From a virus, in IMG/VR virus record IMGVR_UViG_3300035130_000101, positions 1-64,000 of that record: 64,000 nucleotides of DNA; one strand, 5' to 3'. The translations under genes were made by a program, and so were the position numbers. Below the pieces are notes generated by a model, which saw nothing but the letters and a program-made list of their open reading frames with translations, made no database searches and had not been told where the DNA came from. Shown piece after piece: positions 1-9,660 of this stretch. Positions within the stretch are counted from its first letter, which is position 1; the number at the start of each line of letters is the position of its first letter.

Positions 1-635
1 CCGTGACCGTCTGAAATCATCTTAATGTTGTCAATACCGTAGAAGATGTGCAGCTCTAAATCTTCTACTTGTTCCCTGGCTCGTTCAAAGATGGTCAATA
101 ACGCCGCCAATCCCCGATCTGGTGAACTGGAATAGATCAGTCTTTTTGAATTACGCTTGGGCGAAATTAGACTGTCGGCCAAATCTACCCGGACTCCGTT
201 GCTACTCAAAACTAACTTATCGGCAATATACGGAGCCAGATTGAGTAAGTAATCTCGGTGTGTTCGACAAAGGGCCATTATTTTGTCAGCCTTGATAACA
301 TCTTTATTCCAGTCGGGGTAATAGACATCCTGACAGATTAGCCACGCCCGGCGATTCGCTGTTGGCTCAAATTCCTCGAATGTTGTCGGGTGGCGATAAA
401 TAATCCACAGACCATCATCGGTCAAATCAGCCTCAGATAAATCGCGCCACTCTACCCCACGCCATTCTCCGTTATCGCCATTGGGTAATGCTGTATAGCT
501 TGTGACATCGTGACCCATTTTGGCCAGTCGCCGGGATAACTCAATATGGCTTGTTTCACTACCACCGATACCAGACTCCAGATTGCGCCAGGACCACGGC
601 TCTATATGATTAGGCGAATAAAAATGAAGTTTCAT
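1..635 (-). CDS. glycosyltransferase (GT-B/GT4-like), C-terminus outside window
   Basis: Hand translation from rc-ATG at 633-635: MKLHFYSPNHIEPWSWRNLESGIGGSETSHIELSRRLAKMGHDV..., open to the window edge. The GGSE motif is typical of GT4 N-termini. Confidence 0.5.
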   Translation of the reverse strand, partial: MKLHFYSPNHIEPWSWRNLESGIGGSETSHIELSRRLAKMGHDVTSYTALPNGDNGEWRGVEWRDLSEADLTDDGLWIIYRHPTTFEEFEPTANRRAWLICQDVYYPDWNKDVIKADKIMALCRTHRDYLLNLAPYIADKLVLSSNGVRVDLADSLISPKRNSKRLIYSSSPDRGLAALLTIFERAREQVEDLELHIFYGIDNIKMISDGH

Positions 636-666
636 CTTATGATAAAGCTAGTGCCTTTGCCATAAT

Positions 667-936
667 CTAACCTGTTATCCTGTCAACGATAATCGCCCCG
701 GCGCTCAGGGCAAATGGCAGACAAAACCAGGTAGTGTATACCGGTATAGTCCAGTAAGCAGCGGCTATAATCAAGCCGACATAAATCGACATACACCATA
801 CGCACTCAAAAGCGCCGGAATGTTGTCGCGCCCGCCACTTAAACTCGGTCAGTAAGTCCCACGGACCACGCTCGCTGTCATTGGTGAGCAAAGACGATAT
901 GCGCCAGACCGTCAGGGCTAAAATGATATAGTTCAT
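667..936 (-). CDS. small membrane protein (DUF1360-like guess)
   Basis: 89 aa with hydrophobic segments and a CVWCMS motif; ORF track. Confidence 0.45.
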   Translation of the reverse strand: MNYIILALTVWRISSLLTNDSERGPWDLLTEFKWRARQHSGAFECVWCMSIYVGLIIAAAYWTIPVYTTWFCLPFALSAGAIIVDRITG

Positions 937-942
937 AAAATC

Positions 943-956
943 TCAATTCAAATTAA
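943..956. repeat. junction palindrome, degenerate copy
   Basis: TCAATTCAAATTAA; 6 nt from ATG 936. Confidence 0.4.
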
Positions 957-1033
957 AATAAAAAAGGGCATATCCTCACAGTGAGGATATGCCCAGGTTA
1001 AAGGCCAGTTGTTGTTAGGGCTTTAGTTCTATC

Positions 1034-1315
1034 TTATTCTATTATGAAAACTCGTGTCTCCACGTGTCTTATAGGGTAGAATTTTTCAGAACTAAGGTCA
1101 ATGGTCATTGATTGCTTCCCTTCTCTTTCTCCGACAGATTCAACCGTAATCAACTTGTCTAACCCCGGAAATTCACAAGATGGTTTCGGGTTTGGTAGCA
1201 GGGGATTCCGCTCCCTCTCTACTACTGCCTTTATAGCGACATCTACCAGTTCTATCCCAAAGCCAGAAATAATAGTTATGCCGGATATAGCTTTGATAAA
1301 ATCTCTGCGGTTCAT
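1034..1315 (-). CDS. hypothetical protein with Tat-like N-terminus
   Basis: MNRRDFIKAISGITIISGFG; its start overlaps the stop of the upstream gene. Confidence 0.45.
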   Translation of the reverse strand: MNRRDFIKAISGITIISGFGIELVDVAIKAVVERERNPLLPNPKPSCEFPGLDKLITVESVGEREGKQSMTIDLSSEKFYPIRHVETRVFIIE

Positions 1316-4300
1316 CTTATCTCTTCCAAAATCGCCGTCGCTCTCGCTTCGGCAATTCCCTTGATTTTTTGCAGCCCTTCCAATCCGGCTTGACGGATAG
1401 CTGCCGGCGTGTCAAGTCCGGCGTTTCTCATTCGCTTGGCAATGGCAGACGTGACAGCGGAGAGGGATTCAAGATCAAACTCTGGCGCATTTTGCACCGC
1501 TAAAGCTTCGGCTGCCTGTTGCCTTGCTTTGGCTTTGGCTTGTTCCAAACGTTCGAGAGGGGAAACGTAATCAGGCGGAGGCGTAGCAGACCGAACTTCA
1601 ACCGGCTTGACAACTTCCGGCTTGACTTGCCACTTGCCGGGTTGTAAGGCTACGTCTTGTTTGTGGACCAGGGTTTCAAGGCCGTGGTCACCGTAACCAT
1701 AGTTGATAACATATCCGTCTCCGCGTTTTGTATGTTGCAGATATGGCATACCAAACAATTCGCGCGGTGGCCGAGGCCAGACATAAGAGCCTCTAATGTG
1801 GTGATTGCCACGGCTGCCAATATAGGTCGCCTGTACAAAGTCGTCATCATTCATTGTCGAACTCGCTTCCATAACGGTACTACCACCGCTTTGTGATTGC
1901 TTTCTGCATCCACAGCCCACGTCCTTTATCTCCAGTTTCTTGTGCTTCGTTCTTATGTATTCTAGCACATCTTCAGCTTTTTGTCTACCATCTTTGCTAT
2001 CTAGCTCGATATGCCGCTCGCCGGCTCGTAGCCGGTAACGGACTAACTTTTCTGGCAGATGCTTGAAACAATGCCCGGCTTTGGCTAACCTTAGCCAGTA
2101 GTCCCAATCTTCGAGTGTGTCCATTGCCTCATCAAAGCCGCCGATCTCGTTGTGCCAGGCTCGCGGCAAGAGCGTTGATACCAAGTTCCAATTGTAAGCC
2201 GTCTCCAGGGTGGTCGGTTCGGCTAATGCTTTTTGACAGTCAAACGGACGGCGTTCATAGGCTATAATAGCCTCGCCGGTTTTGGGATTGTAGCTCTCTA
2301 GCCGGTTTTCTTTTTGGAGTTTGCGGGCCGACGTTTCGTTGATGACCGCCTGCCCGACGTAATCGGTATAGATAGCCGCCTGGTACTGATTCCAGTAGTT
2401 GACCATCTGGCCCAGGGCGTCAATCGGGCGAAGGGTGTCATCAGCGTCAAGGAAGAGGATAAGGGGGGCGCGGGCTATTTCTACGCCACGGTTACGGGCG
2501 TAGCCTGCGCCAAGGGGTTTTAGTTCTGTTTTGTATTGAGTAAGGGGAACATATCTGACATACGGATATGCACTTAATATGTCATAATCATCTTGATACC
2601 ATCCCGTAGTATCAGTATCATCAACTACAATCGCCTCCCATCGCCTAAACCTTTGCGATTCCAGGGAATCGAGCGCATCGATAACGGTATGCTCATGACT
2701 AGGCCCAACGGGAATGATGACGGATACTATCGGTTCGTCATACTGGCGCACCGGGTGACTGATACCGTTGATAGGCGTGGCGTAGCTGGCCAGTGGGTGG
2801 TGATGGTCACTTACCCACGAATGCCAGCCTCGATAATCTGTCATCTTATGCTCACGGTTGCCAGTTACGAGGCCAGATTTCCAGGAGTAGTGGAATAGGC
2901 CCTTGTCGGTGACCTTGCGCGCCTTCCAGCCATAAGCGCCCATTCGCAACCACAATTCCCCGTCCTCTTCCCCCGCTCCGTCCGGGCAGTATCTTGCCCG
3001 ATAACCGCCAAGTCGCTCCCAAACAATACGCCTGAAAACGTTGCAAGTCCAGACGGTATTAACGCCGTCTATCATCCGGTCATAGTCCCACTCAGGATTA
3101 CCCGGCGATAGCTGTACCGTCCCATCCGGCTCGTGAGAAGTCAAGCCGGTATAGGCCAACCCGAGCGAGTTGTCCGCTTCCAATTCCTTGACACAAATCT
3201 CAAGGAAAGTTGGATCAAGCCAATCGTCGCTGTCTAAGCAACAGACATACTTAGATGTGGTGTGAGCTATGCCGTTGTTACGGGCAATGGCTACGGTTTG
3301 GTTAGGTTGGTGAATGACTTCGACCGGATAGTAACTCTGTGCGCCCATTCCGGCCAAGCTATCGTATTGCTCAGATAACCCCGGTTTACTGCCGTCATCA
3401 ACGATAACGATCTTTTCCGGTTTGATCGATTGAGACAAGCAGCTTTCAACGGCTCGTTGAACCTGCTCGACTGGCTTATTGTAGACAGGAATGATAACGC
3501 TAACAGACGGCGGCTCAACTATCATTGCCAGCCGGTAAACATTAGCAATCGCTTCACACGCCGCTTGCCATGTATAAGCCCTTGCTGCTTCCCGGCCATT
3601 GTCACCCAGTGCCTTGCCGTATCTCAAACAATAGTCCAGACCTTCGGTAATGTCATCCTCGTAGAGATAGCCGGTTTGCCCGTGTTCTATCAGGTCAACG
3701 TTACCACCTTTGTTGATACCCAGGATCGGCTTACCGGCGGCCATCGCTTCAAGGGTAAGCAGGCCGTAGGTCTCCTTAGCTGGACTGATAACCGCCTTGC
3801 TGCCCTGTACGAGCTTTTTCATTTCATCGTAAGGGATAGTGCCGCCCAAACCGTGAACATTGGACGGCGCGCCCTTCGGGGCGAATGTGCAAATAAATTG
3901 AATGTTAGGGAATTGCTTGGCTAACTCGGTGACGAAGAGATTAGAGCAAGCGTCACTTACCCGATTTTTGGGGTAAGCAATAACGTAATTTTCCGGCTCA
4001 AGATTATGCTGCCATTCTTGCCAGTCAACGCCGTGACCAATGATATGGGGCGTGAATCGTAAATCCCGCTGGAACACTTCTGCTACCCACGCGCTGGGTA
4101 CAGTCACCTCTTTGGCATAGTGCAAAATATTAACGATGCGCCGGTTGGCTTCGTACTCGCTTTTGGACGCGTCATAATCTGCGGTAAAGTACAATCCGTG
4201 ACTGTGATTGACTACCGGCTTATCTTTCGGCGGAGCGACTTCGAGTGAACCGGCGTGAACGGCTAGCAGGTCATACTGCTTGGCTTGCGGAGTGACTAGC

Positions 4301-4413
4301 TCGATATCGTAGTCGGGCAGGTACTTAAAATAATTCCTGACAACGGTATGAATTCCGCTTTCTCCGCTCTCGAACCACTCGATGTACGGTAGCATTTTTA
4401 CTTTTAGTGTCAT
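1312..4413 (-). CDS. multidomain glycosyltransferase (GT4-like N-term, two GT2 domains, HhH-like C-terminal tail)
   Basis: 1033 aa. GT-B motif LTLEAMAAGKP. Two GT-A signatures: VSVIIPVYN...IVIVDDGS...DSDD and VSVIIPVGP...AIVVDD...DADD. C-terminus reads LQKIKGIAEARATAILEEI. Confidence 0.85.
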   Translation of the reverse strand: MTLKVKMLPYIEWFESGESGIHTVVRNYFKYLPDYDIELVTPQAKQYDLLAVHAGSLEVAPPKDKPVVNHSHGLYFTADYDASKSEYEANRRIVNILHYAKEVTVPSAWVAEVFQRDLRFTPHIIGHGVDWQEWQHNLEPENYVIAYPKNRVSDACSNLFVTELAKQFPNIQFICTFAPKGAPSNVHGLGGTIPYDEMKKLVQGSKAVISPAKETYGLLTLEAMAAGKPILGINKGGNVDLIEHGQTGYLYEDDITEGLDYCLRYGKALGDNGREAARAYTWQAACEAIANVYRLAMIVEPPSVSVIIPVYNKPVEQVQRAVESCLSQSIKPEKIVIVDDGSKPGLSEQYDSLAGMGAQSYYPVEVIHQPNQTVAIARNNGIAHTTSKYVCCLDSDDWLDPTFLEICVKELEADNSLGLAYTGLTSHEPDGTVQLSPGNPEWDYDRMIDGVNTVWTCNVFRRIVWERLGGYRARYCPDGAGEEDGELWLRMGAYGWKARKVTDKGLFHYSWKSGLVTGNREHKMTDYRGWHSWVSDHHHPLASYATPINGISHPVRQYDEPIVSVIIPVGPSHEHTVIDALDSLESQRFRRWEAIVVDDTDTTGWYQDDYDILSAYPYVRYVPLTQYKTELKPLGAGYARNRGVEIARAPLILFLDADDTLRPIDALGQMVNYWNQYQAAIYTDYVGQAVINETSARKLQKENRLESYNPKTGEAIIAYERRPFDCQKALAEPTTLETAYNWNLVSTLLPRAWHNEIGGFDEAMDTLEDWDYWLRLAKAGHCFKHLPEKLVRYRLRAGERHIELDSKDGRQKAEDVLEYIRTKHKKLEIKDVGCGCRKQSQSGGSTVMEASSTMNDDDFVQATYIGSRGNHHIRGSYVWPRPPRELFGMPYLQHTKRGDGYVINYGYGDHGLETLVHKQDVALQPGKWQVKPEVVKPVEVRSATPPPDYVSPLERLEQAKAKARQQAAEALAVQNAPEFDLESLSAVTSAIAKRMRNAGLDTPAAIRQAGLEGLQKIKGIAEARATAILEEIR

Positions 4414-4417
4414 TTGA

Positions 4418-4666
4418 TTATATCAAGTCCTTCATCGAATTCTTCCACCAAATACATAAGGATATAGCAAGAAGCAAAATCCCTATGACAATAAATACAG
4501 TAATCCAAAGAATAATACCAAAAAAAATAGTGCAAAGACTCAAAAATATTAATAAGACAGTTATAGTTTCCTCAGAAAGTCTTGATCTTTCATAATTCAT
4601 CAAAGCCAATACCTGCTCTGGAGTCAATCTTTTTAATTCATCTTCTGAAAAGTCTTTCAATCTCAT
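4418..4666 (-). CDS. small transmembrane protein
   Basis: 82 aa with a long hydrophobic stretch (VLLIFLSLCTIFFGIILWITVFIVIGILLLAISLCIWW). Confidence 0.45.
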   Translation of the reverse strand: MRLKDFSEDELKRLTPEQVLALMNYERSRLSEETITVLLIFLSLCTIFFGIILWITVFIVIGILLLAISLCIWWKNSMKDLI

Positions 4667-4689
4667 TTATCTATATCCATAGTTTTTTC

Positions 4690-4703
4690 TCAATTGCAAT
4701 TAG
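4690..4703. repeat. junction palindrome
   Basis: TCAATTGCAATTAG; overlaps the stop codon at 4700-4702. Confidence 0.6.
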
Positions 4704-5053
4704 GATTTTTCAGAATCGGCATTATCCGAATCTTCCAAGCGCATCATTACGCTTTCCATTTGTTCTATAGCTTGCCTTATTTCATTTAGGTGGAATCGTT
4801 GAATGGCGAAAGCTCGAATAATGTCAAATACGTGCGACTCATCACGTTCATCTATAGCGATATACTGACCAATTTCGCCTATCTTTTGCCAATCCCAGGG
4901 CTGGTCGTCTATAGCCTCTTGAAGACTTCTGAGTGTTACAGATTCTTTTCTGGTGAGTTGAATGATGATACCACCAGCGTAATCTGGGTCAGACAGAACA
5001 TCACCAACTTCTGTTTCTTTTGTATGGTATGGAATATCACCAATCTTTTTCAT
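4700..5053 (-). CDS. hypothetical protein
   Basis: 117-aa ORF in an operon context; its start overlaps the stop of 5050..5688. Confidence 0.5.
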   Translation of the reverse strand: MKKIGDIPYHTKETEVGDVLSDPDYAGGIIIQLTRKESVTLRSLQEAIDDQPWDWQKIGEIGQYIAIDERDESHVFDIIRAFAIQRFHLNEIRQAIEQMESVMMRLEDSDNADSEKS

Positions 5054-5688
5054 TGTTCCACTTCGCCTATCCGGTCCCTGATAAAAGCCTCGTATTGCTC
5101 AGGCGTGTCGAAGTCGGTAACGTAATCGGTTATGCTGCTATGGATCTTCTCAAAGTGGGGATGATTGGTATCATACTCGTTTTTATCTTTGATGTCATAG
5201 TAAGTATGGTACAGGTTGCGGAGCTTGCCAAAATGCTCGCCTCTTGCCGCTTGCTTGATAGTCTCTTTCGCCGCCTCTATCACTCTTGGCTTGTCATAAA
5301 AGGACAGGGCAAAGATTTCGTGTGAACTGCCAAAGACAGTAAACCGGCCCTGCTTGGATAGTATCAAGTCAAGTGACCGGGGCGAGTAAAGCACATCGCC
5401 AAGCAGGATGACTATCTGCTTGCTGTACCATTTCTCCGAGGTGCTTAGTAACGTTTCCGTAGTCCATCGCCGTCGTTTGGGTGCTAACCAGTGCCGGACT
5501 TGCCCGGTAATCTCTGGTCTATTAGTGACGACAATTGGCCTGTTTCTACCCAATAGCCGGATCGTCCTCAGTATAAGCGGTTCACCTTTAATCGGCAATA
5601 GCTGCTTTATAGGGTACTCGCTCCATCGCTGTTGCTCACCGGCGGCAAGGATGAAGATGTCCATTGGCGAAACGCCCCTCTTTTTCAT
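5050..5688 (-). CDS. nucleotidyltransferase-like (sugar-phosphate NTP-transferase fold)
   Basis: N-terminus DIFILAAGEQQRW...LLPIKGEPLI resembles the LAAGxGxR...K motif of sugar nucleotidyltransferases. Confidence 0.5.
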   Translation of the reverse strand: MKKRGVSPMDIFILAAGEQQRWSEYPIKQLLPIKGEPLILRTIRLLGRNRPIVVTNRPEITGQVRHWLAPKRRRWTTETLLSTSEKWYSKQIVILLGDVLYSPRSLDLILSKQGRFTVFGSSHEIFALSFYDKPRVIEAAKETIKQAARGEHFGKLRNLYHTYYDIKDKNEYDTNHPHFEKIHSSITDYVTDFDTPEQYEAFIRDRIGEVEQ

Positions 5689-5695
5689 CTCTCTA

Positions 5696-5893
5696 TTACT
5701 CTATAAAATATATCTGAATAAATGACTGGTGATGTTCATAATAGCCTATCAAGACTAACAGAGCAAACACAAAAAAAATACCGATTAATGTTAACATTAT
5801 CAAGGTATAATAGTCACTGTATAGATCAAATGGCAATGTCCACGACAGAGCGAAATATATCAACAACAGAATACAGAAAATAATCCCTATCAT
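5696..5893 (-). CDS. small transmembrane protein
   Basis: 65 aa with two hydrophobic helices. Confidence 0.4.
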   Translation of the reverse strand: MIGIIFCILLLIYFALSWTLPFDLYSDYYTLIMLTLIGIFFVFALLVLIGYYEHHQSFIQIYFIE

Positions 5894-5895
5894 TC

Positions 5896-6429
5896 TTATT
5901 TACACATCCAAATCGTCCGCCACTTGTCCCGGTCTTCGACTAATGTTTTGCCGATGGACTTAATTGACTGAAAGCCACAACCTCGCAAAAACGTTTCAAA
6001 ATCAACATCATCTTCGATTCTGGTATAGGGGAAGCCGGGACCGTCACCGTCGTATTGAGATTCTATCAAAGCAATCTCAGAATGGTTTCTAATCCAATCC
6101 AGAATATTGGTCGGATTGTCGAGATAGGGCAGAACAGAAAAGCAGATGACGATATCTATATCAAATGGTGGAGGTTCCGTACACAATTCGCCAATGTCTC
6201 CGCCAGTTATCCTGTCTATAAAAATACCATATTCAGCGGCCCTCTTATGCAATAGGAACGTGTTCTTGTCAACTCCTATTGCTTTGGCATTAGCTAATTT
6301 GCACCTAAATAATATATCACCGCCGCCACACCCCAAGTCAAGCACCGTCTTGCCAGCAAAGTCAATGTGCTGGCTGATAATATCCCACTGTGCGGGCGCT
6401 CTGGTATTATGCAATGGCGGCAATTTCAT
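5896..6429 (-). CDS. class I SAM-dependent methyltransferase
   Basis: Motif I VLDLGCGGGD, followed by an acidic loop GVD. Confidence 0.75.
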   Translation of the reverse strand: MKLPPLHNTRAPAQWDIISQHIDFAGKTVLDLGCGGGDILFRCKLANAKAIGVDKNTFLLHKRAAEYGIFIDRITGGDIGELCTEPPPFDIDIVICFSVLPYLDNPTNILDWIRNHSEIALIESQYDGDGPGFPYTRIEDDVDFETFLRGCGFQSIKSIGKTLVEDRDKWRTIWMCK

Positions 6430-6832
6430 CTAATGTTCTCCTGAGCCAATATTCGTCTCCCTCGCGGCGTTTGCTCGGTCGCGGGTCACACTCTAATCGG
6501 CTCTCGCTAAAGTCAATCAGGTAGGGATGATTGTCTCTAATCAGGATATTCGGCCTGGTCAGGTCGCCATGCCTGATACCGGCAATCTCCAGAGCTTTGG
6601 GTATCTTGTCAAAATGGTAAGCTAACAGGTCAATGTCGGTTACAGGTGTCTGTTCGATGTGGTGCAAGCGGATTGTCTCTATGTCTGTCTGCTCGGCATA
6701 TGGTACGTAGCCGGAGGGGTAAAGCGTCCTGAGGCACCATATTTCGTTATCGGTCATAAATTTAGGCTGAGTCTTGTAGACCCAAACGCCGTTACCGACT
6801 ATTCTGGATATACCGTTGTCAGAGATAATCAC
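6407..6832 (-). CDS. small kinase-like protein
   Basis: IRHGDLTRPNILI...YLIDFSES resembles the HxDxxxxN catalytic loop plus a DFG-like motif of LPS/aminoglycoside/protein kinases. Confidence 0.5.
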   Translation of the reverse strand: MIISDNGISRIVGNGVWVYKTQPKFMTDNEIWCLRTLYPSGYVPYAEQTDIETIRLHHIEQTPVTDIDLLAYHFDKIPKALEIAGIRHGDLTRPNILIRDNHPYLIDFSESRLECDPRPSKRREGDEYWLRRTLDEIAAIA

Positions 6833-7158
6833 AGTACTTCAAACCATTTACAATAGGTGATTTTACACATAGATTCCAGTTCCAAAAAAATCATTGCTGA
6901 CGAATCACTACTCCCGGCTACTGGATTATGTACTACCTTATCAATAATCCTCACGATCTCACCAATAACGACAGATCCTTTTGTTCCTTTTTGAATGATA
7001 TTAAATTTTGTCCCAATCTCTAATAGAGGTTGAACAGAATCAACTGGGCCAAAAAAGTGTATCTCTCCGTCTTGACATATCAAGTTGACATCAACCGGCA
7101 AAGGCTCCATATCATCAGTAGTGCAAAGATAATAATTTGTATTTAATTCCCAGGTCAT
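6829..7158 (-). CDS. hypothetical protein
   Basis: 109-aa ORF with overlapping stop/start junctions to its neighbours. Confidence 0.45.
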   Translation of the reverse strand: MTWELNTNYYLCTTDDMEPLPVDVNLICQDGEIHFFGPVDSVQPLLEIGTKFNIIQKGTKGSVVIGEIVRIIDKVVHNPVAGSSDSSAMIFLELESMCKITYCKWFEVL

Positions 7159-7205
7159 AATAAACAGTCCTTTTGCTAATTACGTTCATAGATTTTCTAG
7201 GTTGC

Positions 7206-7658
7206 TCATCGCCATACAGAAACATCTGCGGTTGGGTATATTTCACAGGCTTTTAGGTATCTTCTTACAAATTCTACAAGCCCATCATAATCACCCCAAC
7301 CGTTAGATGGATTGAATTGCTTGAACCGTTCGGGGTCGCCCTCAAGTAATGCTAACCCTTTCCGAAGTGGCTCAATCAATTCGCCAGCCTTACTGATATT
7401 GATTTCATCAGGTCGCCATAAATATTGGTATATACCGGCTTCTGAGGCCATTGTGGTAAGATTATGTGTGATATTTGCGGTATAAACTTCTTTGCTATCA
7501 TCGTCGCCAATTTGGGTTATAGCCGGTTCGCACCCTGGGAATTTTTCATTCCATTCATCACGTGAAATCTCTTTTATTGAACCATTTTCACGGATAAAAA
7601 TACCCGACCCAGTCTCGTTCTTTTTATCAGGAAATATTAAGGAAACATCAAGACTCAT
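7206..7658 (-). CDS. hypothetical protein
   Basis: 150-aa ORF, co-oriented with the island. Confidence 0.5.
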   Translation of the reverse strand: MSLDVSLIFPDKKNETGSGIFIRENGSIKEISRDEWNEKFPGCEPAITQIGDDDSKEVYTANITHNLTTMASEAGIYQYLWRPDEINISKAGELIEPLRKGLALLEGDPERFKQFNPSNGWGDYDGLVEFVRRYLKACEIYPTADVSVWR

Positions 7659-7695
7659 TTTTGTACCTTTCCGCCTACAATAATGACATAGAGTG

Positions 7696-8415
7696 TTAAA
7701 TCTTGTAGATTGAGTTTATATGGTCGGTATAGATTTTGTTATAAGAATAGTCATCAAAGTAGCGGTTAATACCATCTGCCTTTTCAGACAGTTCTTTATG
7801 CGGCTCAAGCTCGTGCGTCTCGACAATGACCAACTTTGGCCGGTAACGGTCAATCGAAAAACCGTCAAGCACGTCTATCTCTGCGCCCTCAACATCGACA
7901 ATCAACACTTCAAAATCTGGCTGCCAGTTATGCTTTTCAAGCAGAAAATCGAGCGTCACCATCTCGCACTCGATAAACTTATCGGCATCAAGGCCGCTGA
8001 ATTTCGACCACTCGATACCGTTGTAGATGGCTACCATCTCCGGCTTGATAGTAGAGTTTGAGCCACCGAGGTAGAGCTTGACAGTATCATTCCTTGAGCC
8101 GATGCAACATTGCTCAAGTATTACCCTATCATTGCCTTGATAAAGTTTCTGGCAGTCTGCTATCATATCCGGCTGAGGTTCAACTAAAAGCCCCTGCCAG
8201 CCGGCCTCGATAAGGCAATGCGAATTGCTCCAATTGTAGCAGTTAAAAGCGCCGATCTCCACCACCCTCCCGTCGGTGATGTAGCCGAAATGTGACAGGT
8301 AGATGTCAACGAGATTAGGGACCTGACAGTTAGGGACGTTGATGTATCTCATCTTTTCGTATTTGGTATAACTGAGGCAATGATGACAACGATAAACCAA
8401 AATAGAGCAAACCAT
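7696..8415 (-). CDS. FkbM-family methyltransferase-like
   Basis: The pattern VVEIGAF...GWQGLLVEPQP...LVIVETHE resembles FkbM-type methyltransferases. The start is uncertain; an internal Met lies 21 codons in. Confidence 0.55.
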   Translation of the reverse strand: MVCSILVYRCHHCLSYTKYEKMRYINVPNCQVPNLVDIYLSHFGYITDGRVVEIGAFNCYNWSNSHCLIEAGWQGLLVEPQPDMIADCQKLYQGNDRVILEQCCIGSRNDTVKLYLGGSNSTIKPEMVAIYNGIEWSKFSGLDADKFIECEMVTLDFLLEKHNWQPDFEVLIVDVEGAEIDVLDGFSIDRYRPKLVIVETHELEPHKELSEKADGINRYFDDYSYNKIYTDHINSIYKI

Positions 8416-8420
8416 ATATA

Positions 8421-8430
8421 TCTCAATTCA
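8421..8430. repeat. junction palindrome half-site
   Basis: TCTCAATTCA; 5 nt from ATG 8415. Confidence 0.3.
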
Positions 8431-8528
8431 CCAGTCACCATCATTCATAAGCCTATCGTGGCAGACAAAAAACTGACGATCATTACAATAGACCAGACAA
8501 AATAAGCATATTTCGATGTCACTTTTTC

Positions 8529-8542
8529 TCAATTCAAATTGA
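8529..8542. repeat. junction palindrome
   Basis: TCAATTCAAATTGA; contains the stop codon of the aminotransferase gene (..FNLN*). Confidence 0.55.
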
Positions 8543-9659
8543 AAAAATCTCTAAACTTTTCAACGATGTAGGATAGGTCATTCAGGTTAAGCCCCTGGTG
8601 GCAGCCAATATATAGCCCGTTTCGATTCACCCAATCTGCCACCGGGTAATCGTCCGGCTCCCACAGCCCCTGGTAACACGGCTGCCGAGTCAGCGGCAGG
8701 GCCAGCCTTGATTCAATGCCGTTCTCTGCCAGGAATCGCCGCAGGTTGTTCCTTGTGCCTTCTTGCCGACAAACGAGCGGGTACATCTGAAAAGCGTGTT
8801 CTGAGTGTGACCGGATAGCCGGCAATTGTAGCCGGTCCTCAAGTGACGCTAAATGCTCTGTCAGATAGGCGGCGTTCTCTTGCCGGTGGCTGATAATTTC
8901 CGGTAGATCGTCCAGTTGCGCCAGACCCAGCGCAGCCTCAAGTTCAGTCATCCTAAAGCTATGGCCCACTCGCTTGAAGTCAAATTTGCGCCCAAGCCAG
9001 GTATGATCGTAATGCTGGCCAGTCGGTAGCTCATTAAGGTCAATTCCGTGGTTGACCAGTGACCGCATATAGAGTGCATATTCGGGATTGTCGGTAATAC
9101 CCAGGCCGCCAACTCCGGTCACAAGGATATGAGCCATATAGGTAGAGAAACAAGAAATGTCACCAAACGAGCCAACTGGATAACCAAAGCGGGTGACAAG
9201 CATCGCCTCGCAGGAATCCTCTATGACCTTGATCTTGCTGCCGTAGATAGCAAACGGGGCAACCGTCCGGCTCAACTCATCTATGGCGCTGGCTTGTCCA
9301 AAGATGTGGACCGGGATAATGCACTTGGTATTCTCGTTGATTGCCGCTTCGATCTTGGTGTAGTCAAGATCATAGTACCGGCTATCCACGTCAACCAGTA
9401 CCGGCTTTAATCGCAAGTGCAAAACGACGTTGACCGTAGCCACAAACGTAATAGCTGGAATGATAACCTCGCTGCCGTCCGGCCAGCCGTGCATCTCCTT
9501 TAGCGTCTGCAAAGCCACCAAGAGCGATGACGTGCCGCTATTGGACAATACTCCATACTGGCAATTGTGCATCTGAGCAAAGCGGGATTCGAACTCTCTC
9601 GACATCTGACCGTAGGACAACCGGCCGGTATCTAAAACCTGATTGACCAATTGTTGCAT
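8529..9659 (-). CDS. DegT/DnrJ/EryC1-type PLP-dependent sugar aminotransferase
   Basis: LSYGQMSREFESRFA...NSGTSSLLVAL... is the typical family pattern. Start taken at the internal ATG 9659, 1 nt after the upstream stop; the track ORF extends to 9749. Confidence 0.8.
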   Translation of the reverse strand: MQQLVNQVLDTGRLSYGQMSREFESRFAQMHNCQYGVLSNSGTSSLLVALQTLKEMHGWPDGSEVIIPAITFVATVNVVLHLRLKPVLVDVDSRYYDLDYTKIEAAINENTKCIIPVHIFGQASAIDELSRTVAPFAIYGSKIKVIEDSCEAMLVTRFGYPVGSFGDISCFSTYMAHILVTGVGGLGITDNPEYALYMRSLVNHGIDLNELPTGQHYDHTWLGRKFDFKRVGHSFRMTELEAALGLAQLDDLPEIISHRQENAAYLTEHLASLEDRLQLPAIRSHSEHAFQMYPLVCRQEGTRNNLRRFLAENGIESRLALPLTRQPCYQGLWEPDDYPVADWVNRNGLYIGCHQGLNLNDLSYIVEKFRDFFNLN

Positions 9660-9660
9660 T